NCBI GenBank assembly: GCA_963755715.1 | Contig: CAVWLW010000036.1 | Span: 52,117 to 116,116 of the forward strand | Direction: 5' to 3' | Source: an uncultured delta proteobacterium | Lineage (GTDB): Bacteria; Desulfobacterota; Binatia; UBA9968 | Length of the DNA: 64,000 bases | Shown: positions 30,537 to 40,915 of the stretch, piece by piece | Position numbering within the stretch: position 1 is the stretch's first letter | Layout of the letters: the number at the start of each line of letters is the position of its first letter | Translations under genes and position numbers: made by a program | The notes under the pieces: model-generated | Database searches by the model: none | Seen by the model: only the letters and a program-made list of their open reading frames with translations | Told to the model about the DNA's origin: nothing

Positions 30537-31556
30537 TCATTTTCCCTGCTCGCCATAAAGCTTCTTCACAAAGCCGCTCGCCTCGATCTCGCGCAAAAGG
30601 CGCGGATCGACGAAGTCCTTCGGATCGGCGCCTTTGGCGCGCGGGTTCGTCTCGGCAACTTGAGTGATGCCAAGCTTCATATCTTCGACGTTTGGATAGG
30701 GAACCCTCTCGAATGCATCGGCATAAACTCGCTGCGTCTCCTCCAGCATGGCGCGGTCGGTCGTATTGGTGTATTTGCCGATGACGCCCATCGTAAAATT
30801 CGCATCGGTCTTAAAGCGATGTACCGCTTCGATATGGGCTTCGAGAAACGCGCGGATCGCTGACTCGCGAGTGCGCAATAATTTTTGCGTGACGATAACC
30901 GAAGAAAGCGGATACCGATACCCGGCCGTATTGTAATCCACCAGAACGCGAAAACCCGCGGCGCGAGCGTGCAGCACGGCTGGAAAACCAAACGTGCCGC
31001 CTTCGATCAGCCCGGCCTTGAGCCCGGCCACAGTTTCCGGCAAGCCGCCCATTTGACGAATCATCACATCGCGGTCGGGCACCAGCCCGTTCTGACGCAG
31101 GTATATTCGCGTAAAAAAATCCGTGACGGTGCCAACGCGTGTAACGCCGATGCTCTTGCCGCGCAAATCCTCGACCCGCTGGATTTGCGGCGCCGCCACC
31201 GTGAAAACGATGACACGGTTCACGGGAATTGCGACGTAAATCGTATCCGCACCGGCAAGTTTGGCATCGACTCCTGCCGGTCCGCCGATCGCTGCGACAT
31301 CGATGCTGCCGCCGACCAAGGTCTGCACCGCCCGCGACCCAGCGGCGATATAAACTAGCTCGACGTCCAAGCCATGGCGCTGGAAAATTCCCGCTTCTTT
31401 CGCAATCCACGGAATCGAGAAAGCCGCCGTGATCGCCGCATAGGCGACGCGCAGCTTCTGCGGTGCTTCAGCGGCACCACCGGCGCTCGTCATCAAGCCG
31501 AACGAGACAGAAATTGCTAGAAGCGAAATCGTTTTGCGAGGAAAAAAGCGAAACAT
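30537..31556 (-). CDS. ABC SBP, NMT1/THI5/SsuA-like
   Basis: PWIAKEAGIFQRHGLDVEL, DLRGKSIGVTRVGT. Confidence 0.88.
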   Translation of the reverse strand: MFRFFPRKTISLLAISVSFGLMTSAGGAAEAPQKLRVAYAAITAAFSIPWIAKEAGIFQRHGLDVELVYIAAGSRAVQTLVGGSIDVAAIGGPAGVDAKLAGADTIYVAIPVNRVIVFTVAAPQIQRVEDLRGKSIGVTRVGTVTDFFTRIYLRQNGLVPDRDVMIRQMGGLPETVAGLKAGLIEGGTFGFPAVLHARAAGFRVLVDYNTAGYRYPLSSVIVTQKLLRTRESAIRAFLEAHIEAVHRFKTDANFTMGVIGKYTNTTDRAMLEETQRVYADAFERVPYPNVEDMKLGITQVAETNPRAKGADPKDFVDPRLLREIEASGFVKKLYGEQGK

Positions 31557-31609
31557 CTCCAGTTCCTCCAGCCGGTATCGTTCCTCGGAACTAAATGATT
31601 GCCGCCAAC

Positions 31610-32596
31610 TCAGACATGATCGACATCGCCGCCGTCTTCCGGGTCGGTGTCGATGAACAATTCGTCGATCGGCTGCGTTTTGCGGATCAAGCCCTGTCGC
31701 TGGCAATAGTCAATGATAGTTTCTAGATTTTTGCGATTACTCTCACCTAAACCATAGGCCCACGGATCTGGCCCGAGGAGCTTGCGCTCTTCCTCATATT
31801 CGGTCCTCACCCAAGCGAGCGGCGTGATGCGTGGATTGGCCAGCCGTTTGTAGGCGATCTGCTTGGCCTTTTCAAAAGCCTTGACCAGACTGACCGCAGC
31901 CCAGGGATATTTGTCGACGATCTCCTGCTTGATCACCGTCACATGCATGATCGGAAAGATGCCAGTCTGCTGAAAGTATTCGCGCTCGACGGCCTTGTAG
32001 TCGGGAAACAAGCGCGCGACCCGTTTGTCGCCGTCGACCATAGGTTGAGGAATGTAAGGATTGATCATCGCCGGTATCTCGCCTTCGGCGAGCATCGTGT
32101 CCATCGACTTGCCGGCGGGAATCATTTCGATCTTCAATCCCGGCGGCGGATCAAACGGCACATCTTCGCTGCGGTCGACCACCCAGGTGATTTCTTTGTG
32201 CGGCACGCCGTAATGCTGCTCGAAAATGCCGCGCAGCCAGATATTGCCCGCCGGCTGAAAATTGGTGCCGCCGACTCTTTTGCCGATCAAATCTTTCGGC
32301 GTCTTGATACCGGAATCAACGTTGACGAAGGCAAAACCATGGCGAAACCGGCGGTGCAAAAATACCGGAATCGCCGCCAGCGGATCACCGTGATCGCGCG
32401 ACATCAAGTAGCCGCCGACGTTGAACTCGCAAACGTCGAACTCTTGGTTGCGCGCCATGCGCCAGTGGCGCTCACGCGGCCCGTGTCCGGTCAACACCAC
32501 GAGCTCGAGGCCGTCCGCTTCCACCGCACCTTCTTTTAAAGCGCGAATGATTTCGTAATCACCGACCGCCACTGAAAGTCTGATTTTGCTTGCCAT
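31610..32596 (-). CDS. 4,5-dihydroxyphthalate decarboxylase-like protein (SBP fold)
   Basis: LSVAVGDYE, FDVCE, IPVFLHRRFRH, GIFPIMH, DPWAYG. Confidence 0.8.
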   Translation of the reverse strand: MASKIRLSVAVGDYEIIRALKEGAVEADGLELVVLTGHGPRERHWRMARNQEFDVCEFNVGGYLMSRDHGDPLAAIPVFLHRRFRHGFAFVNVDSGIKTPKDLIGKRVGGTNFQPAGNIWLRGIFEQHYGVPHKEITWVVDRSEDVPFDPPPGLKIEMIPAGKSMDTMLAEGEIPAMINPYIPQPMVDGDKRVARLFPDYKAVEREYFQQTGIFPIMHVTVIKQEIVDKYPWAAVSLVKAFEKAKQIAYKRLANPRITPLAWVRTEYEEERKLLGPDPWAYGLGESNRKNLETIIDYCQRQGLIRKTQPIDELFIDTDPEDGGDVDHV

Positions 32597-32617
32597 TAGG
32601 AATCTCCTCTCACTGCG

Positions 32618-32695
32618 CTGGAGTAGTGGAATGTTGGAGTGATGGAGTAATGGGTTCTAACCCCAACACTCCAATACTCCATCACTCCATCCACC
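32618..32695. repeat. Inverted repeat of 8-mer tandem units (TGGAGTRR / YACTCCA)
   Basis: TGGAGTAGTGGAATGTTGGAGTGATGGAGTAATGGG...CCCAACACTCCAATACTCCATCACTCCA. Confidence 0.75.
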
Positions 32696-32702
32696 CAGCT
32701 CT

Positions 32703-33695
32703 TCAATTCCCGTACAGTTTCTGCACGAAGCCTTCCTTTTCGATTTCGTCGATCAAGTTCATATCGACAAACTCCGCCGGATTTCTTTGACCGGCGCCGA
32801 TCGACGCCAAGATGTTTTTGATCCCTTCCAATTCCGTGCGCGGCGAGCGCGACAAGCGCTTGGCGAAAAACTCGTAGGTTCCTTCGACGGCTTCGTTATC
32901 GGTAATCTGCAGATATTTTCTAAGAATCTTCAGGCTTCCTTCCTTATTGGTTTTGACATAGTGAATGCCTTCGATCTGGCCCTTGATGAATCCTTTCAGC
33001 TGCGTGCGATTTTGTTGGAGATAGGAGCGGGTAACGATGTTCGACGTGTTGGTGAAGTAACCGAAGTCGCCGATATCCGCCAAAACGTTCATGCCGAGCT
33101 TTTTTGCCTGGTAGATTTCCGGATAGGACTGCACCGTCGCATCGACTTTCTTGCTGATCAGCGCCGCCATGCGCGCCGAGGTGCCGCCGGTCTGCAACAT
33201 GGAGATGTCTTTAGGATCCATTTTCCACGCTTTCACCGCCATCAGCACGGCGGCGTCGTTGGAACCGCCGAAACGATTGATGCCGATGACCTTGCCGCGC
33301 AATTGCTGCGGCTCTTTGATTTCCGGGCGGGAGATGAGCAGCATCGGCAGTTTATTTTCCAAGGTCGCGACGATCACCACTGGGGCGCCCTGCGTCGCGC
33401 CGATCACCGCCGAAGAGGCCGCCGTTTGCGTCAGTTGCAGGCTACCGCCGAGCAGGGCTTGAATATTCGGCGAGCCCGCCTGAATCAAGATAATTTCCAG
33501 GTCGACGCCGTATTTTTTGCTGAATCCCAGTTCCTTGTTGACCCACAGCGGCAGTTGATAGCCGGCTGTACCGCCGTAGCTGACGAGAAAACGGCTTGAT
33601 TCGGCAACCCAGCCAATCCGCGCACTTTCTACGAGGCATGTGGAAACAATCATCATGCCGAGCAGAGCTCGCCGCCATTTTGCCGTGATCATCAT
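32703..33695 (-). CDS. ABC SBP, NMT1/THI5/SsuA-like
   Basis: PLWVNKELG...YGVDLE, QLRGKVIGINRFGG; RBS GGAGGT. Confidence 0.88.
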   Translation of the reverse strand: MMITAKWRRALLGMMIVSTCLVESARIGWVAESSRFLVSYGGTAGYQLPLWVNKELGFSKKYGVDLEIILIQAGSPNIQALLGGSLQLTQTAASSAVIGATQGAPVVIVATLENKLPMLLISRPEIKEPQQLRGKVIGINRFGGSNDAAVLMAVKAWKMDPKDISMLQTGGTSARMAALISKKVDATVQSYPEIYQAKKLGMNVLADIGDFGYFTNTSNIVTRSYLQQNRTQLKGFIKGQIEGIHYVKTNKEGSLKILRKYLQITDNEAVEGTYEFFAKRLSRSPRTELEGIKNILASIGAGQRNPAEFVDMNLIDEIEKEGFVQKLYGN

Positions 33696-33738
33696 GAGTC
33701 GCACCTCCTGTGAAAATAGCCAGCGTCGAGCATTCATT

Positions 33739-34670
33739 TCACGCGACCACTGCCAAACGCGGAAAGAGTCGCAGAGCATTGCGCTGCTCGACGTCCATTC
33801 GCGCGCCGGCATCGAAGCCGTCGTAGTGTTCCCAGTGATCGACTTCTTCTTGCAATCTTGCGCCGTAAACGAACGGCAAGTCAGAACCCCAGAGCACGTG
33901 CGTCGGATCGGCAAGCTCCTGCAACGAGCGCAGGGCGAATCCCGAAGTCGTGCTGGCGATCTCAAAATAAAGCGAGCGCAACGTCGGCAGGACATCGGTC
34001 ACGTCTTGGCGCCGCGATGGCCTTCCATCATCGCGATTCTCTGCGCGAGAAACGGCACGGTGCCGCCGCCATGCGCGACGATGAAACGGATATTGGGACA
34101 GCGCTTGAGCGTGCCGGAATATACAAGATTGACAACCGCTCGCGTGGTGTCGAAGACGTATTCGACAACGAACGGCGGCGCATGGAGCCTCGTGTGCTCA
34201 GGCGCCTCGCAGTGGGTCGGATGAATGAATACAACCGCCTTGCGCCGGTTCAGCTCGGCGAAAACCGGATCGAATTTCTGATCGCCCAGATAGCAGTCGT
34301 TCACACTGGAAAAAAGTCCGACACCGTCAAGGCGCAAAACATCGAGCGCGTAGGCGATCTCCGCCAACGCGCCGTCGACGTCCGGCATTGGCAAAAGCGC
34401 AAAAGCGCCGAAGCGCGCCGGGTGTTCGGCGATCCTCCTAGCTTGGAACTCATTGCAGATTCGCGCGACTTCACGCAGTCGGTGGAGATTTTTCAAAAGC
34501 ACGCGTGGAGTGAGCGACGTGATCGCGGATTGAATGTGCCAACTGTCCATCGAGCGCAGCTGCGCCTCAGTGTCCGGTAACTTGATCGGCATGGAATCGT
34601 CGGTAAATTCCGGCGGCACCACATGGTGGTGTACGTCGACGCGCCGATTGTAATTTACGGTGACGCTCAC
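33739..34670 (-). CDS. Amidohydrolase_2 family decarboxylase/hydrolase (frameshift near 34003)
   Basis: VDVHHH, VFIHP, FDTTRA, AHGGG, LWGSDLPF, NALRLFP. Confidence 0.85.
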
Positions 34671-34735
34671 GTTCCTCCCCTTGAAAGTCCGATCCATGAC
34701 CGGCGCCAGAATCGATCCGCTACGGCTTGGAGCCG

Positions 34736-34764
34736 AAACTAGTTGTTACCCTCCCTTCTGTCAA
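34736..34764 (-). promoter_or_regulatory. Putative sigma70 promoter
   Basis: TTGACA-N17-TAGTTT upstream of the amidohydrolase. Confidence 0.45.
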
Positions 34765-34928
34765 CATCAGCGTGACGAGGTCCTCGCACTCGGTAAAACT
34801 AGATTTGCCCGCTCCTAGACATCATGCGCGGCTTGGGGTATTGGGAGCGAGGCGTTGAATCAACCAACCAGTTATTTTCAAGAGGTGCCTTTGGCTGCAA
34901 TTCCTCGGGTATGAAGGGGAGGTTCAGG

Positions 34929-35939
34929 ATGAATGGCTTCGACAAGTTGCTGGTGCTGATCGGCGTTGTCTTCGCCACGGGCGTCGGGTCGGCCAACAAT
35001 AGCGTGGCACAATCGTCCAGCCTCACGGCCTTCTATACCGCACCGGTAGCTTCCATGGCGCCGATGTGGATCGCCAAGGAGGTCGGCTTTTTCAAAAAGA
35101 ATGGACTTGACGTTAAGCTGGTTTTTATCGCTTCGGGTCCTGTGGGCACAGCCGCGGTGCTCGGCAGTGAAGCCGATGTGGGGATCATCGGTGGATTTGC
35201 GCCTTTACGAGCCATGGTGGGCGGCGCCAAAGGTTTGGTGATCATCGGGCAAAGCAAAAACCGTATCACGAGTAAGATCGTCGGTAAGAAGGATATTGCC
35301 AGCGTGCAAGATCTGAAGGGCAAGCGGCTGGGCATTGACCGGATAGGCTCGAATCCGGATATGTTTGCTCAAGCAGCGCTCTCCCGATTCAAGATCGACA
35401 CATTTAAGGATCTGCAATACGTCCAGCTCGGTGACGTCGGCAAGGTCGTTGCCGCTTTGAAGGCCGGCGCGATCGACGCCGGCATTGCGGGCGCGCCGCA
35501 TGATCTTTTTGCACAGCGGCTGGACTTTAAAGTTATTCTCGACATCGACCTGCTGAAGATTCCCTTTGCCGCGACGGTGCTCATGTCCGGCCGCGACACC
35601 GTCTCGCGCAAACAGCCTGAGCTCACAAGATTCACGCGTGCTTACGCCGAAGCGATGCACTACTTTCTCACCAACCCGGAAGGAACCGCAAAGGTCGTCA
35701 CTAAATACACACAAATCACTGACCGTGAGGTGCTTGCGTATTCCATCAACTCGGAGGCTACGGCGATGGAAAAAACTCTTCAAGTGGACCCGAAGGGGCT
35801 CGAACTCATTCTCGAGTTCATCGGGAAAACCGTACCTCAGGCCGCTTCCACGAAGCCGGAGGATTTCTACGATCCGCGTTTCTTCAACGATCTGCGCGAG
35901 AGCGGGTTTCTGAAAAAGCTCTGGGGCGACAAACTATAA
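34929..35939 (+). CDS. ABC SBP, NMT1/THI5/SsuA-like
   Basis: PMWIAKEVGFFKKNGLDV, DLKGKRLG; RBS GGGGAGG. Confidence 0.88.
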   Translation: MNGFDKLLVLIGVVFATGVGSANNSVAQSSSLTAFYTAPVASMAPMWIAKEVGFFKKNGLDVKLVFIASGPVGTAAVLGSEADVGIIGGFAPLRAMVGGAKGLVIIGQSKNRITSKIVGKKDIASVQDLKGKRLGIDRIGSNPDMFAQAALSRFKIDTFKDLQYVQLGDVGKVVAALKAGAIDAGIAGAPHDLFAQRLDFKVILDIDLLKIPFAATVLMSGRDTVSRKQPELTRFTRAYAEAMHYFLTNPEGTAKVVTKYTQITDREVLAYSINSEATAMEKTLQVDPKGLELILEFIGKTVPQAASTKPEDFYDPRFFNDLRESGFLKKLWGDKL

Positions 35940-35943
35940 CTAC

Positions 35944-36031
35944 CGGTTCAAAGTTCAACGTTCAAAGTTGAAATTCTCCACGCGCAATTCCGAAGCGATG
36001 ATGTTGAACATGGAACCTTGAACGTTGAACC
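35944..36031. repeat. Inverted repeat of 7-mer tandem units (GTTCAAM / TTGAAC)
   Basis: CGGTTCAAAGTTCAACGTTCAAAG...TTGAACATGGAACCTTGAACGTTGAACCG. Confidence 0.7.
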
Positions 36032-36084
36032 GGCGATTCCCGTTGGAACGGCTTGAACCGTAATATGGTTAAAAGGAGACCGAT

Positions 36085-37833
36085 ATGATCGAAACCGAAG
36101 GCCTTACCGGCGCTGAGACCTTGTTACGTGTGCTTTCCCATATGGGTGTGGACAGAATCTTTTCTTCCCCCGGCTCCGAATGGTCGCCGGTGTGGGAAGC
36201 TTTCGCCAAAGCCAAAGCGCAGAGCGAGGGCGTACCGCTGTATATCAGCTCGCGCCACGAAGAAGTCGCTGTCGGTATGGCGAGCGGCTACGCCAAATCC
36301 ACGGGGAAACTTCCCGCGGTCATGATTCACACCACCGTCGGCGCGCTGCACGCCACGATGGCGTTGCGCGGCGCGCTGCATGAACAGATTCCGATGGTCG
36401 TGTTTACCGGCGAGTCGCTGGGTTTCGGCGAAGAAGCCGGCCCGGACGTTGGCGCGCAATGGCTTGGGGCGTTGGCCGATATCGGCGGGCCGGCGCGGCT
36501 CGTCGACCGTTGCGTCAAATGGAGCTACGGTGTCAACGCGAAATCACTGTTGCCGTCGACGATCCAGCGCGCCTGCCAGTTGGCGATGGGCACGCCCAAA
36601 GGACCGGTCTTTGTCTCTCTGCCGATGGAATATCTTTTCGACAAGATGACTAAGAATGCCACGGCGGAAAATGTCCCCATCCCCGCGCCGACGGCGGACC
36701 CGGCGGCGATCGAAGAATTGGCGACGTTGCTTGCCAGCGCGAAAAATCCGCTGATCATCACCGAAGAAGCCGGCCGCGATCCTGGTGTCGTGGCAAAACT
36801 CGTGGAGCTCGCCGAACTCCTCGGCGCGGGTGTCGTTGAAAGCCGCGCGTCGAGCTATGTGAATTTTCCGCGCACGCATCCTCTGCACGCCGGTTTCGAG
36901 CCACAGGAATTTTTGCAGGAAGCCGACGCAATATTGCTGCTCGGCGTCGTCGCGCCCTGGCACCCGGCATCGAAGAAACTAAACCCCGTAACCAAAGTCG
37001 CAGTGCTGTCTGACAATCCGCTGCGCTCCGAGCTGCCCTATTGGGGTTTTCCGGTCAATCAAATACTCACCGGCGAGATCGAAAGTTCGGTGAAGCATTT
37101 GCTCGAATCCGTCAAGAAGCGCATCGCCAAAGGCAACAGTGATGCTACGCGGCGCGCCGAGTCCTGGCGGAGCCGCCACGAAGCGCGCAAAGCGAGCTGG
37201 AAAGAAGACGCGCTGCGACGCAAGGAACAAAAACCCATCGACACGCGCTGGGTGACTTATGAGCTGGCGCAAGTGATTCCCGCCGACGCTATGGTGGTCG
37301 AAGAAACCATCACCCATCGCCTCTCGATTCACCGTTATCTCGACATGCTGAAACCCGGCACGTTCTTCGCCGGCTGCATCGGCGGCCTCGGCACGGGCAC
37401 AGGCACCGCGCTCGGCGTCAAAGCGGCAAATCCCAAGCGGCCGGTTCTATGTCTGATCGGCGACGGCGCGTTCAACTATGACCCCGGACTCGCCGCCCTC
37501 GGCGTTTGCCAGGAGCACAATTTGCCGATCATGATCGTTCTCTACAACAACTACGGCTATCACTCACAAAAATCCGGCGTGCCGCGCTTTTTCCCGGACG
37601 GCTTTGCCGTGAAGAATCAAGACTTCATCGGTATCTCGATCAATCCGAGTCCGGACTACGCCATGATCGCCCGCGCGTTCGATGGCTACGGTGAAAAAGT
37701 CGAAGATCCCAGCGAAGTCCGCGCCGCTCTCCAGCGCGGCCTGAAAGCCGTCGCCGCCGGACAAATGGCGTTGATCGATATTAGGCTTGCGAAAGCCGCG
37801 GAGACGAATGAACGGCCCGATCGCGCCAACTAG
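36085..37833 (+). CDS. Thiamine-pyrophosphate-dependent enzyme (benzoylformate decarboxylase/acetolactate synthase-like)
   Basis: RHEEVAVGMA, PKGPVFVSLP, TPP motif GDGAF...YNN. Confidence 0.9.
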   Translation: MIETEGLTGAETLLRVLSHMGVDRIFSSPGSEWSPVWEAFAKAKAQSEGVPLYISSRHEEVAVGMASGYAKSTGKLPAVMIHTTVGALHATMALRGALHEQIPMVVFTGESLGFGEEAGPDVGAQWLGALADIGGPARLVDRCVKWSYGVNAKSLLPSTIQRACQLAMGTPKGPVFVSLPMEYLFDKMTKNATAENVPIPAPTADPAAIEELATLLASAKNPLIITEEAGRDPGVVAKLVELAELLGAGVVESRASSYVNFPRTHPLHAGFEPQEFLQEADAILLLGVVAPWHPASKKLNPVTKVAVLSDNPLRSELPYWGFPVNQILTGEIESSVKHLLESVKKRIAKGNSDATRRAESWRSRHEARKASWKEDALRRKEQKPIDTRWVTYELAQVIPADAMVVEETITHRLSIHRYLDMLKPGTFFAGCIGGLGTGTGTALGVKAANPKRPVLCLIGDGAFNYDPGLAALGVCQEHNLPIMIVLYNNYGYHSQKSGVPRFFPDGFAVKNQDFIGISINPSPDYAMIARAFDGYGEKVEDPSEVRAALQRGLKAVAAGQMALIDIRLAKAAETNERPDRAN

Positions 37834-38012
37834 TGATGAGCCGGGAAAAATGCGGTGGCAGGACCGTTTCTTTCGACGATCAATTTTCTTGGCGATCTCA
37901 GCGTCCCTGCGGTAATATGTTGGAATCTTTCTATCGGCCGACGAACCTGACCGTCGTTTGAAGCACCCTTAGCGATCGCCGAACAGTCCGCGTTGCAAAA
38001 GGAGAAACCGCC

Positions 38013-38435
38013 ATGGCAGAAGCGCATGTTCTTAGAATCGATTCGTTGCCGGTGGTCGATCGCGGCAACGGCATTCAGACGATTCCCTTGGTTACAAAAG
38101 AGCTCGGCTCGAAGCACCTGACAACCGGCATCACCCGTTTCCCGGTCGGCGCTAAGGTTCCCATGCATTCGCACAACTGCGATGAGCAAGTGACGATCCT
38201 CGAAGGCGAGGCCGAAGCCGAACTCGACGGCCAGCGCCATCGACTCCACGCCTACGACACGACGTTGGTTCCTGCAAACAAGCCGCATCGCTTTGTGAAT
38301 GTCGGTACTACCCGCTCTGCGATTTTATGGATTTATACTGCCGCGGAAGTTACCCGAACTTTCGCCGAAACTGGCGAAACCGTCGCTCACCTTTCGGAGC
38401 GCGATCTCGTGAGTCCGTTACCTAAACGGACATAA
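38013..38435 (+). CDS. Cupin-domain protein
   Basis: PMHSHNCDEQVTILEG, PANKPHRF. Confidence 0.88.
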   Translation: MAEAHVLRIDSLPVVDRGNGIQTIPLVTKELGSKHLTTGITRFPVGAKVPMHSHNCDEQVTILEGEAEAELDGQRHRLHAYDTTLVPANKPHRFVNVGTTRSAILWIYTAAEVTRTFAETGETVAHLSERDLVSPLPKRT

Positions 38436-38442
38436 CAAAACT

Positions 38443-38590
38443 GAACAACCATCGGCTCCGGGAGTGGTTCTGAATCTTTAACTCGAAGTGGACTCCCCGT
38501 TTCCGTCATTCCGGCGCATGCCGGAATCCAGGCGTTTTTTGAATCTGTGCCGCGAACTCACCTAAATGCCGGCGATCGCCAGCATGACGG
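38443..38590. repeat. ~150-bp MITE-like element, copy 1 (copy 2 at ~50557-50707)
   Basis: Shared ATCGGCTCC...GTTCTGAAT...TCGAAGT...TTTCCGTCATTCCGGCG-GCCGGAATCCAGGCG...ATGCCGGCG...GCATGACG. Confidence 0.75.
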
Positions 38591-38662
38591 GCTTTCACTT
38601 CACTCCGGCGAGATATTTGTGCGCTCTCTTTGTTGAAAACTGTGGCGACTCTTTGGCATAGA

Positions 38663-39616
38663 TCACTTCACGGCAATCCCCAGCTCTCTTTGCGCCTCCC
38701 GAAGAATCGAGAGATCGGCAACTTCGTTGAGAGAAACTTCGCGCTCCACCTTGCCGACGCGCTTTGCTTCCTCGATCGCCACCCGCAGCCCATTTTCCGG
38801 CAGACTTCCGTCTTCGGTAAAAGCCTTCCACACCGAATCATAAGTGACCGCGGCGATTTCTTTGTCGATCTTCAACCACTCCACCATAACCGGCAGCGTG
38901 CCTTCGCGATTCTGGCGAATATAGCGGCTCGCCTTGATGCCTGCTTTGATGACGCGCTTGATCTGATCCGGCTTTTCTTTGATGGTTTTCACGCTCGCCA
39001 CGAGGCCACTAGCCGGGAAATTAAACAATTCGTTCGCCCGCGCCAGGACGACAAAGCCTAACTTCTTCCCGAGAAAATCGATGGGCGGCGAACCCAAAGT
39101 CGCGGCGGTCAGACCTTGCTTCATGGCGGCAAAACGCGAATCGACCGTGCCAGTGGCGAGAAATTTGATGTCCTTATCCGGATCGAGGCCAAAATGCTTG
39201 ACCATCAATCTGGATATGGATTCGAGAGTGCCACCGAAGGTGTTGAGCCCGATGGTTTTGCCTTTCAGGTCTTGCACCGATTTGAACTCGGGGCGAGAGA
39301 TCAGCGCGATCGGCGTCGCGGGCAGAAAACACCCGACGACTCTGACGGGAAGACCGCGGATCGCCGCGCCGATGCCGTTTCCTAACACGGTATCGAAATC
39401 GATTTCTCCGCTGACTAACGCTGCCGATGAAATCGCTGGCCGTATGCGAATGAACTCTCCCCGCAGGCCCTGCTCTTTCAGGAAATCTCTCTTCTCTGCC
39501 AAAGGGAGCGGAAGAAATTGGGCGGCAAGGTCGGGAAATCCGAATCTGAGGTCAGCCGCATCGACCGCGGCGTGCAAAACCAGAACACCAAGCGCAACAT
39601 AAAGAATTCGGAACAT
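38663..39616 (-). CDS. ABC SBP, NMT1/THI5/SsuA-like
   Basis: Signal peptide; DLKGKTIGLNTFGG. Confidence 0.85.
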   Translation of the reverse strand: MFRILYVALGVLVLHAAVDAADLRFGFPDLAAQFLPLPLAEKRDFLKEQGLRGEFIRIRPAISSAALVSGEIDFDTVLGNGIGAAIRGLPVRVVGCFLPATPIALISRPEFKSVQDLKGKTIGLNTFGGTLESISRLMVKHFGLDPDKDIKFLATGTVDSRFAAMKQGLTAATLGSPPIDFLGKKLGFVVLARANELFNFPASGLVASVKTIKEKPDQIKRVIKAGIKASRYIRQNREGTLPVMVEWLKIDKEIAAVTYDSVWKAFTEDGSLPENGLRVAIEEAKRVGKVEREVSLNEVADLSILREAQRELGIAVK

Positions 39617-39685
39617 GGTGCACCTCTTCTGTCGCCGTTGGTCGTGCCGCGCAGATCGTTGGAGCTCCGGCGCCATAATTTTTTT

Positions 39686-40705
39686 CTAATTTCTTTTCAT
39701 AGCTTCTTGGACGTAACCTGACTTTTCCAGCCGATCGATAAACGAACTGTCGACTAGCTCTGCGGCCTTGAGCTTGGCCATGCGCGGATTCATGCGGAGT
39801 AGAGCGTCGATCATATTTTGAACGCCCGCCAGAGGGACGTTCGGCACCTTGGTTTTAGCGTGTATTTCCAACGTCGCGTCGTACATGATCTGAACGCTCT
39901 GCGGCGTGCTGAGCTTTAAGCGTCGAGCGAGCACGCTCTTGACTGCTTTCTCGTTGGCTGGATTCGGCAGGAATGCAAACCCGTCGATGGTGCCCTTGAG
40001 AAAAGCTTCGACTTGCTGGGGACTCTCTTTGATGAAACGCCTTGTAGCAACGAGCACTGTGTTTAGATAGGGAACATCGGCTTTGGTCATATCGAGCATT
40101 ACGGTAAGTCCTTTATCTTTTGCCGCCTGCCCAAAGCCCGGCTCCAAAGGCGTCGCATCGATCCTGCCGCTCGCCAACGCGGCCACGCGATCCGGCTGGG
40201 TTCCGACTTGCATGATGGCGATCTTGTCTCGGTTAGGATCTAGACCGAGAGAGTGCAGCGCGACTTCAGCAGCCAGGTGGCTGCCGGAGCCAAAAGTGCT
40301 GACCGCGACGCGCTTGCCTTTCAGATCGGCGGGCTGGCGCACCTGAGGTAAGACCCAAAACTGATAAGGAAGAATATGGATCGTTCCGGCCAGGATGGCG
40401 AGATCGGCTCCGGCGGCGACGGCGCCCGCTGTGGGACCTACGCTGGTGGAAGCCAGCTTAGCCTCGCCGGCGATCAATGCCTGCGACGTCACCGACCCGC
40501 TGCCGGTAAAAACCGAGGTGACATCGAGCCCGTGTTTTTTATAAAAACCTTGGTCTTCGCCGAGCCAAACGCTCGTGTGTGTGGAGATCAATCCAGCGTA
40601 GGCGACTAAAACCTTCCTCGAGGCATCCTGTGCCAAGGCACCACGACCGGCGATGCCGATGAATGAGACCGCCAACAAGATCCCGACTATTTTCTCTTGC
40701 CGCAT
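39686..40705 (-). CDS. ABC SBP, NMT1/THI5/SsuA-like
   Basis: GFYKKHGLDV, DLKGKRVAVSTFGSGS. Confidence 0.88.
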   Translation of the reverse strand: MRQEKIVGILLAVSFIGIAGRGALAQDASRKVLVAYAGLISTHTSVWLGEDQGFYKKHGLDVTSVFTGSGSVTSQALIAGEAKLASTSVGPTAGAVAAGADLAILAGTIHILPYQFWVLPQVRQPADLKGKRVAVSTFGSGSHLAAEVALHSLGLDPNRDKIAIMQVGTQPDRVAALASGRIDATPLEPGFGQAAKDKGLTVMLDMTKADVPYLNTVLVATRRFIKESPQQVEAFLKGTIDGFAFLPNPANEKAVKSVLARRLKLSTPQSVQIMYDATLEIHAKTKVPNVPLAGVQNMIDALLRMNPRMAKLKAAELVDSSFIDRLEKSGYVQEAMKRN

Positions 40706-40915
40706 CTGACCTTCCTCCCTTCTGACGATGGGGGTATTCGGTTTCGATACGTTTAAAGAAATTCTCGTGTTTCTCTATGCTGCCGACATTTTTAAGTAGA
40801 ACGGTAGGGGTTGGCTCTGCAAACGCAAAATGTCAGACTCAGAGTCCGGCCTGAGCCACGCGAATGTGAGAAGTTAAACGAGCTCGGTCGCGCTGCGCGC
40901 GCTCAGCTTTCTGCT

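Noticed and set aside
32618-32695. Short periodic repeats as a CRISPR array
   Set aside because: Units are 7-9 bp with no unique spacers, and there are no cas genes.
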